This document shows positions 63,101 to 64,000 of a DNA stretch of 64,000 nt, piece after piece; the first letter of the stretch is position 1; each line of letters begins with the position of its first letter. The translations under genes and the position numbers were made by a program. This stretch comes from Octopus bimaculoides (lineage: Eukaryota), in assembly GCF_001194135.2 (NCBI RefSeq), contig NC_069002.1, positions 15,008,516-15,072,515 on the forward strand. Direction: 5' to 3'. Under the pieces are notes generated by a model that saw only the letters and a program-made list of their open reading frames with translations, had not been told where the DNA came from and did no database searches.

Positions 63101-63220
63101 TCAAAGTTGGGACCACACACTTCTGGTTTGTTTTGTACACACTGGCAGTACCGTTGACCATATTCTTTAGAATTTGCAGTTGGACAATATCCATTGTAAA
63201 GAGAATCTTTCTGTTCAACT
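1355..63220 (-). CDS. VWDE: Giant VWDE-like secreted/extracellular protein, partial (37 exons, ~2250 aa in window; tandem LamG-Ig-VWD-C8-like-EGF-IPT super-repeats; open at both ends)
   Basis: 37 exons, each with AG acceptor and GT donor, join in matching phase with no stop (6749 nt = 1+2249x3+1). VWD motifs CxSINDPHxTTFD, GEFVxYRHKxLPY, FYRSCxGRASCNC and GLCGxFD..ND..F..SWR occur twice, plus EGF C-x3-C-x5-C-x4-C-x-C-x8-C. The symbol means family resemblance (VWDE-like); orthology is untested. Confidence 0.88.
1721..2160 (+). mobile_element. tRNA-derived SINE family B (internal TA/CA microsatellite)
   Basis: Head GGCACAGGAGTGGTTGTGTGGTAAG..GGTTCAGTCCC, GGCAAGTG motif, internal (TA)n, tail CCCCAGCATGG..GACTGAAACAA. 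Confidence 0.8.
2762..2917 (-). CDS. Exon C12: C8-like Cys-rich region
   Basis: tttgtag|[52 protein letters not shown]|GTAAGT; 156 nt, phase 0-0. Confidence 0.9.
3007..3740 (+). repeat. 28-bp minisatellite (ACAGTGAGRGGHTAAGAGARTGGGATTA)n, ~26 copies, with two N gaps
   Basis: Direct tandem repetition visible. Confidence 0.95.
4143..4232 (+). repeat. 24-bp purine-rich tandem repeat (AAAGTGATAGAGTAGAAAGAG-like), ~3.5 copies
   Basis: Direct repetition visible. Confidence 0.8.
4808..4914 (-). CDS. Exon C11
   Basis: tttacag|(V)[35 protein letters not shown]|GTAAGT; 107 nt, phase 1-0. Confidence 0.88.
5460..5772 (+). mobile_element. SINE family A' (family-A head, different tail)
   Basis: First ~180 nt as family A, then TTCTTGAGTAACGTTGCGATGGACTGGCGTCCCGTCCAGCTGGGG..GGGCCCATTAGCCTGG. 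Confidence 0.8.
6775..6971 (-). CDS. Exon C10: Cys-rich linker
   Basis: ttaacag|(R)[52 protein letters not shown]|GTAAAT; 197 nt, phase 2-1. Confidence 0.88.
7432..8000 (+). mobile_element. Probable retroelement 5' region with a candidate HDV-like fold
   Basis: GC-richer non-coding island with sharp AT-rich flanks; pairing CCAGT/ACTGG and ACC/GGT in HDV order (see finding). Confidence 0.35.
8080..8405 (-). mobile_element. tRNA-derived SINE family D
   Basis: Minus-strand head TGAAGGCACATGTCTCAGTGGTTAGAGC; body CACCTAGAAAGTTACCCTCCGAGGCAC. Other copies ~4385-4700, ~28515-29200 (split), ~43765-43860. Confidence 0.75.
8611..8719 (-). CDS. Exon C9: VWD end
   Basis: ttaatag|(G)[37 protein letters not shown]|GTAAGA; 109 nt, phase 1-2. 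Confidence 0.92.
8919..9372 (+). mobile_element. SINE family B
   Basis: Same head, internal (TA)n and tail as the 1721 copy. Confidence 0.85.
10672..10786 (-). CDS. Exon C8: VWD
   Basis: cctacag|[39 protein letters not shown]|GTAAAG; 115 nt, phase 0-1. Confidence 0.9.
11730..11942 (-). CDS. Exon C7: VWD
   Basis: ttttcag|[55 protein letters not shown]|GTACGG; 213 nt, phase 0-0. Confidence 0.92.
13017..13056 (-). ncRNA. Hammerhead ribozyme motif with decayed stem II
   Basis: Minus strand: GCUGU CUGAUGA UCAGUUAAUU GAAAC UCUGA GUA^ACAGU. Stem I 5 bp (1 wobble), stem III ACUC-U-GAGU, stem II barely pairs. Confidence 0.55.
13467..13602 (+). mobile_element. Short Penelope-like terminal-repeat relic with variant hammerhead-like motif (copy 1 of 3)
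   Basis: CUUU CUAUUGAA GAGC-AUAG-GCUC GAAAC AUA AAAG, then body ..TAATACACCTGCTTGTTGTTC..TGTAAATTTCAACTATATA shared with the 27.7 kb and 57.0 kb copies. Confidence 0.5.
13975..14617. other. Assembly gap (643 N); smaller gaps at 706-715, 1892-1940, 3208-3217, 3476-3485, 12694-12918
   Basis: N runs, mostly next to microsatellites. No exon is needed in this gap, since C6-C7 join in frame like B6-B7. Confidence 0.99.
14812..14873 (-). ncRNA. Type I minimal hammerhead ribozyme motif
   Basis: Minus strand: AUUUAG CUGAAGA U CAG..(23 nt)..CUG U GAAAC GAUC GUA^CUAAAU. Perfect 6-bp stem I, palindrome ACGAUCGU, stem II imperfect. Confidence 0.72.
15087..15150 (-). CDS. Exon C6: VWD
   Basis: ttatcag|(R)[21 protein letters not shown]|GTAATT; 64 nt, phase 2-0. 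Confidence 0.92.
15469..15545 (-). CDS. Exon C5: VWD start (NDPH)
   Basis: ttttcag|[27 protein letters not shown]|GTAAGA; 77 nt, phase 0-2. Confidence 0.92.
15711..15998 (+). repeat. ~290-bp (GAA/GAG)n polypurine tract
   Basis: Almost pure purine; begins ~10 nt into the intron after exon C4. Confidence 0.95.
16008..16412 (-). CDS. Exon C4: beta-sandwich domain before VWD
   Basis: gttacag|[41 protein letters not shown]|GTAAGT; 405 nt, phase 0-0. Confidence 0.9.
16702..17084 (+). mobile_element. tRNA-derived SINE family A, full length
   Basis: Head GGAGGCGCAATGGCCCAGTGGTTAGGGC..GTTTCGATTCCC, tail GGAGTGCCAAC(AAC)n; TSD CCCCTGATYGA. Confidence 0.85.
17972..18064 (-). CDS. Exon C3: Ig-like domain end
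   Basis: tttacag|[31 protein letters not shown]|GTAAGT; 93 nt, phase 0-0. Confidence 0.85.
18384..18716. mobile_element. hAT/Charlie-like MITE relic
   Basis: CAGAGGTTCTCAA ... TTGAGAACCACTG (12/13 TIR), internal GGACCCC subterminal motifs; no TSD recognisable. Confidence 0.55.
20227..20459 (-). CDS. Exon C2: Ig-like domain
   Basis: tttttag|(A)[31 protein letters not shown]|GTAAGG; 233 nt, phase 1-0. Confidence 0.88.
21583..21904 (-). CDS. Exon C1b: LamG-like domain, second half
   Basis: tttacag|[37 protein letters not shown]|GTAAGA; 322 nt, phase 0-1. Confidence 0.88.
22148..22206 (-). ncRNA. Type I minimal hammerhead ribozyme motif (Penelope-like-element type)
   Basis: Minus strand: GCGAU-UGUC-GUACG CUGAGGA C GGGU-AAAU-ACCC A GAAAC UCGA GUC^CGUAC-AU-AUCGC. 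Intact core, bipartite stem I, palindromic stem III ACUCGAGU. Confidence 0.8.
22985..23292 (-). CDS. Exon C1a: LamG-like domain, first half
   Basis: ttttcag|(V)[39 protein letters not shown]|GTAAAT; 308 nt, phase 1-0. Confidence 0.88.
25729..25843 (-). CDS. Exon B16: Cys-rich end of unit B
   Basis: tttgcag|[39 protein letters not shown]|GTTAGA; 115 nt, phase 0-1. Confidence 0.86.
26134..26524 (+). mobile_element. SINE family A, full length
   Basis: Perfect 13-bp TSD ATTCCTGTTATTC. Confidence 0.9.
26908..27090 (-). CDS. Exon B15: IPT-like domain end
   Basis: tttgtag|[49 protein letters not shown]|GTAAAT; 183 nt, phase 0-0. Confidence 0.88.
27680..27800 (-). mobile_element. Same short element family (copy 2 of 3)
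   Basis: Minus strand: CUGUCGAA GAGC AGAG ACUU GAAAC, body ..ACACACCTGCTTGTTGTTCCTACACCTG..TGTAAATTTGAACTATATA. Confidence 0.5.
28042..28229 (-). CDS. Exon B14: second half of EGF + IPT-like start
   Basis: tcttcag|(G)[52 protein letters not shown]|GTAAGT; 188 nt, phase 1-0. Confidence 0.9.
28815..29118 (+). mobile_element. Family C copy nested inside a family D SINE
   Basis: Family D sequence stops at ..GTCTTACTCAAGAGAAAGA and resumes after the (GAT)n tail with AAGAAAAACAC..GAACTCACTACCTCATG. Confidence 0.7.
29352..29541 (-). CDS. Exon B13: C8-like end + first half of EGF
   Basis: attccag|[34 protein letters not shown]|GTAATT; 190 nt, phase 0-1. Confidence 0.9.
29723..30094 (-). mobile_element. 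SINE family A, full length
   Basis: 15-bp TSD TGTTAGTATACATGT. Confidence 0.9.
30566..30740. mobile_element. Tc1/mariner-like MITE relic
   Basis: TA|CAGTCATGGCCAAAAGTTTGGAAC ... GTTCCAAACTTTTGACC (16/17 inverted). Confidence 0.55.
30901..31059 (-). CDS. Exon B12: C8-like Cys-rich region
   Basis: gccatag|[53 protein letters not shown]|GTGAGG; 159 nt, phase 0-0. Confidence 0.9.
31330..31850 (+). mobile_element. Degenerate R4/Dong-like non-LTR retrotransposon 3' end (CCHC knuckle + RLE)
   Basis: [34 protein letters not shown], then [24 protein letters not shown], then [26 protein letters not shown], broken by frameshifts. Confidence 0.75.
32310..32422 (-). CDS. Exon B11
   Basis: tctgtag|(V)[37 protein letters not shown]|GTAAGT; 113 nt, phase 1-0. 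Confidence 0.88.
33129..33513 (-). mobile_element. SINE family A, full length
   Basis: 11-bp TSD CCTAAAGGTAG. Confidence 0.9.
34885..35151. mobile_element. Candidate solo LTR
   Basis: GC-richer island starting TGTAGT and ending ATTACA; no TSD found. Confidence 0.3.
35560..35729 (-). CDS. Exon B10: Cys-rich linker
   Basis: tcttcag|(R)[57 protein letters not shown]|GTAAAA; 170 nt, phase 2-1. Confidence 0.88.
35945..36725 (+). mobile_element. SINE family B split by a hammerhead-bearing insertion (~36085-36440)
   Basis: 5' half ends ~36080 and the 3' half resumes after (TA)n at ~36490; the hammerhead relic at 36331-36379 lies between them. Confidence 0.65.
36331..36379 (+). ncRNA. Hammerhead ribozyme relic (two core substitutions)
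   Basis: GUCU CCGAUGA AGGGA-(12 nt)-UCCCU GAAGC AGCU GUA AGAC. All three stems recognisable; U4>C and A15.1>G relative to the canonical core. Confidence 0.6.
37152..37561 (-). mobile_element. SINE family B
   Basis: Reverse-complement full copy. Further approximate copies: 10160-10465(-), 12228-12612(-), 24250-24680(-), 31860-32200(-), 63798-63970(+). Confidence 0.85.
37689..37797 (-). CDS. Exon B9: VWD end
   Basis: ttggcag|(G)[37 protein letters not shown]|GTAATT; 109 nt, phase 1-2; same length as C9. Confidence 0.92.
39836..39947 (-). CDS. Exon B8: VWD
   Basis: cgaccag|[38 protein letters not shown]|GTAAGT; 112 nt, phase 0-1. Confidence 0.9.
40232..40627 (+). mobile_element. SINE family A, full length
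   Basis: 10-bp TSD ATGGAAAAAG. Confidence 0.88.
41155..41450. repeat. Compound (TA)n/(CA)n microsatellite with an internal ~100-bp duplication
   Basis: CGAATATATGAATATATA..CATATATACACATAC occurs at 41231 and 41331. Confidence 0.9.
41503..41709 (-). CDS. Exon B7: VWD
   Basis: cttatag|[55 protein letters not shown]|GTATGG; 207 nt, phase 0-0. Confidence 0.92.
42445..42508 (-). CDS. Exon B6: VWD
   Basis: tttccag|(K)[21 protein letters not shown]|GTAAGT; 64 nt, phase 2-0; same length as C6. Confidence 0.9.
43105..43150 (+). ncRNA. Minimal hammerhead ribozyme motif (stem III probably CpG-decayed)
   Basis: AACAC CUGAUGA A GGCUG-(10 nt)-CAGCC GAAAC AUU GUGUU. Stems I and II are perfect 5 bp; ACAU stands where the ACGU palindrome is expected. 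Confidence 0.68.
43508..43584 (-). CDS. Exon B5: VWD start (NDPH)
   Basis: tttctag|[27 protein letters not shown]|GTAAAA; 77 nt, phase 0-2; same length as C5. Confidence 0.9.
44745..45480 (+). mobile_element. 5'-truncated HERO-like (R2 group) non-LTR retrotransposon: restriction-like endonuclease + 3' UTR; limits approximate
   Basis: ORF 44731-45282: [70 protein letters not shown], the PD-(D/E)xK-type C-terminus typical of HERO-clade elements. Confidence 0.8.
45935..46325 (-). mobile_element. SINE family A, full length
   Basis: 11-bp TSD TCTTTGAAACT. Confidence 0.9.
46436..46849 (-). CDS. Exon B4: beta-sandwich domain before VWD
   Basis: gttacag|[54 protein letters not shown]|GTAAGT; 414 nt, phase 0-0. 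Confidence 0.9.
47006..47287. mobile_element. MITE with ~85-bp TIRs and 8-bp TSD (Merlin- or hAT-like)
   Basis: GGCGATCTTTCGGTACTAGTCCGCCATAACTTCCGGTCGTTG.. mirrored by ..CAACGACCGGAAGTTATGGCGGACTAGTATCGAAAGGTCGCC; flanks GGTTTCTC / AGTTTCTC (7/8). Confidence 0.8.
48530..48622 (-). CDS. Exon B3: Ig-like domain end
   Basis: tttctag|[31 protein letters not shown]|GTAAGT; 93 nt, phase 0-0; same length as C3. Confidence 0.85.
48877..49300 (+). mobile_element. SINE family B
   Basis: Full, well-preserved copy. Confidence 0.85.
49497..49884 (-). mobile_element. SINE family A, full length
   Basis: 12-bp TSD CAATAGTAGTAT. Confidence 0.9.
50094..50320 (-). CDS. Exon B2: Ig-like domain
   Basis: tttttag|(D)[31 protein letters not shown]|GTGAGA; 227 nt, phase 1-0. 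Confidence 0.88.
51074..51280 (-). mobile_element. tRNA-derived SINE family F, young copy
   Basis: Head GGCGGCGAGCTGGCAGAAACGTTAGC..GTTCAAATTCCGCCG; TSD TTTTGTTTTCT. Decayed copies ~25425-25625, ~25885-26095, ~23960-24090. Confidence 0.8.
51610..51744 (+). mobile_element. Chimeric SINE: family B head fused to family A tail
   Basis: GGCGCAGGAGTGGCTGTGTGGTAAG (B head) runs directly into TGTCTGTGGAGTGCTCAGCC..GGAGTGCCAACAACAAC (A tail). Confidence 0.7.
52372..53007 (-). CDS. Exon B1: LamG/concanavalin-A-like domain (single exon)
   Basis: ctttcag|(Y)[53 protein letters not shown]|GTAAAT; 636 nt, phase 1-1. Confidence 0.9.
53196..53583 (+). mobile_element. SINE family A, full length
   Basis: 12-bp TSD CAGTAACTTATT. 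Confidence 0.9.
54800..54914 (-). CDS. Exon A16: Cys-rich end of unit A
   Basis: ctttcag|[39 protein letters not shown]|GTAAGT; 115 nt, phase 0-1; same length as B16. Confidence 0.88.
55925..56116 (-). CDS. Exon A15: IPT-like domain end
   Basis: ttttcag|[50 protein letters not shown]|GTAAGT; 192 nt, phase 0-0. Confidence 0.9.
56901..57004. repeat. ~100-bp foldback (45-bp arms, 5-nt loop), probable TA-targeting MITE
   Basis: 56906-56950 is the reverse complement of 56956-57000 at 43/45 positions; flanked by TA runs. Confidence 0.85.
57030..57112 (-). mobile_element. Same short element family (copy 3 of 3, decayed)
   Basis: Minus strand: CUUU CCAUCGAA GAGC-GUAG-GCUC AAAAUAC UAAAG..TAATACACCTG. 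Confidence 0.45.
57360..57544 (-). CDS. Exon A14: second half of EGF + IPT-like start
   Basis: atttcag|(G)[43 protein letters not shown]|GTAAGC; 185 nt, phase 1-0. Confidence 0.9.
58990..59176 (-). CDS. Exon A13: C8-like end + first half of EGF
   Basis: ttaacag|[34 protein letters not shown]|GTAAGC; 187 nt, phase 0-1. Confidence 0.9.
59264..59470. mobile_element. piggyBac-like MITE relic
   Basis: TTAA|CCC ... GGG|TTAA ends; a related partial copy lies at ~54235-54345. Confidence 0.45.
60470..60613 (-). CDS. Exon A12: C8-like Cys-rich region
   Basis: ccctcag|[48 protein letters not shown]|GTAAAT; 144 nt, phase 0-0. Confidence 0.88.
61147..61253 (-). CDS. Exon A11
   Basis: ttattag|..(G)[35 protein letters not shown]|GTAAAT; 107 nt, phase 1-0; same length as C11. 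Confidence 0.88.
62281..62590 (+). mobile_element. SINE family A'
   Basis: Same head and tail as the 5460 copy; a tail-only fragment lies on the minus strand at ~42292-42360. Confidence 0.8.
62905..63025. repeat. (GAT/GGT/AAT)n trinucleotide low-complexity tract; similar tracts at ~2590-2745, 20925-20985, 25215-25310
   Basis: Visible trinucleotide runs. Confidence 0.85.
63039..63220 (-). CDS. Exon A10: post-VWD Cys-rich linker
   Basis: ttcctccag|A GTT..; [60 protein letters not shown]; donor G|GTTGGT; 182 nt, phase 2-1; homologous to B10/C10. Confidence 0.85.
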
Positions 63221-63959
63221 CTGGAGGAAAGAAAAAAAAATAAAATAAAAACATTAAACCATTTGTTGTTCTATTGTTTTTGATTGATTTAAAAAAAAAA
63301 AAAATTTTTAATGGCTTAACAAGCAATGGAACGGTTGCAGCCAAACCATTTTCAGGAAGAAGTGAGGGAGTTATTCACAGATGAGAGAACAGACTGGAAT
63401 GTGTGCATTAATATCATGTTAATGACACTACTGGACACTCGGGTGCCTTTAACAGAGGCCATTCTCTTGCAAGTCATCATCATCATTTAACGTCCATTTT
63501 CCATGCTGGCATGGGTTGGACGGTTTGACTGGAAACTGGTAAGCTGGGGAGCTGCATCAGGTTTCAATCTGATTTGACGTGGTTTTTATGGCTGGATGCC
63601 CTTCCTAATGCCAACTCCTGCAAGAGTGTAGTGGGTGTTTTTTATGTGCCACCGGCACAGGTGCCAGTTATGTAACACTGGCATCAGCCATGACTACAAT
63701 TTCACTTGGCTTGACAGGTCTTCTCAAGCATGGTATATCACCAAACGTCTTGGTCACTTGTCACTGTTTCCATGTGGCCCACTCTTCTTTTTCATTAGGT
63801 GCAGGTGTAGCTGTGTGGTAAGTAGCTTGCTTACCAACCACATGGTTCCAGGTTCATTCTCACTGTGTGGCACCTTAGGCAAGTGTCTTCTACTATAGCC
63901 TTGGGCCGACCAAAGCCTTGTGAGTGGATTTGGTAGGTGGAAACTGAAAGACGCCCGTC

Positions 63960-63995
<36 letters not shown>

Positions 63996-64000
63996 CATCA

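Noticed and set aside
1355-63220. Reading units A, B and C as three separate tandem genes
   Set aside because: No stop codon, start codon, signal peptide or UTR-sized gap at either unit junction, and the splice phases match. Not excluded without transcript data.

Overview
AT-rich, microsatellite- and SINE-dense animal genomic DNA; the repeat families point to a coleoid cephalopod, most likely Octopus (inference). The whole window lies inside one very large minus-strand gene that runs off both edges. I traced 37 GT-AG exons by hand (63220 down to 1355). They join in compatible phases into one uninterrupted frame of 6749 nt (~2250 aa). The protein is VWDE-like (von Willebrand factor D + EGF) but is built from a tandem ~1020-aa super-repeat: LamG/ConA-like, Ig-like, beta-sandwich, VWD (NDPH...GLCG.FD...SWR), Cys-rich/C8-like, EGF, IPT-like, Cys-rich. 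The window holds the end of unit A, all of unit B (16 exons, 3057 nt) and most of unit C, with exon lengths and phases conserved between units. The introns hold about eight minimal hammerhead-ribozyme motifs of the Penelope-like-element type, with palindromic stem III. The two best-preserved copies lie on the pre-mRNA strand, and one sits in an intron found only in unit C's LamG domain. Also present: a GIY-YIG relic, HERO-like and R4/Dong-like endonuclease relics, several MITEs/foldbacks, and many tRNA-derived SINEs (eight near full-length copies of one family with clear TSDs). No rRNA, true tRNA gene or CRISPR array is supported. All calls are by eye; no database searches were run.
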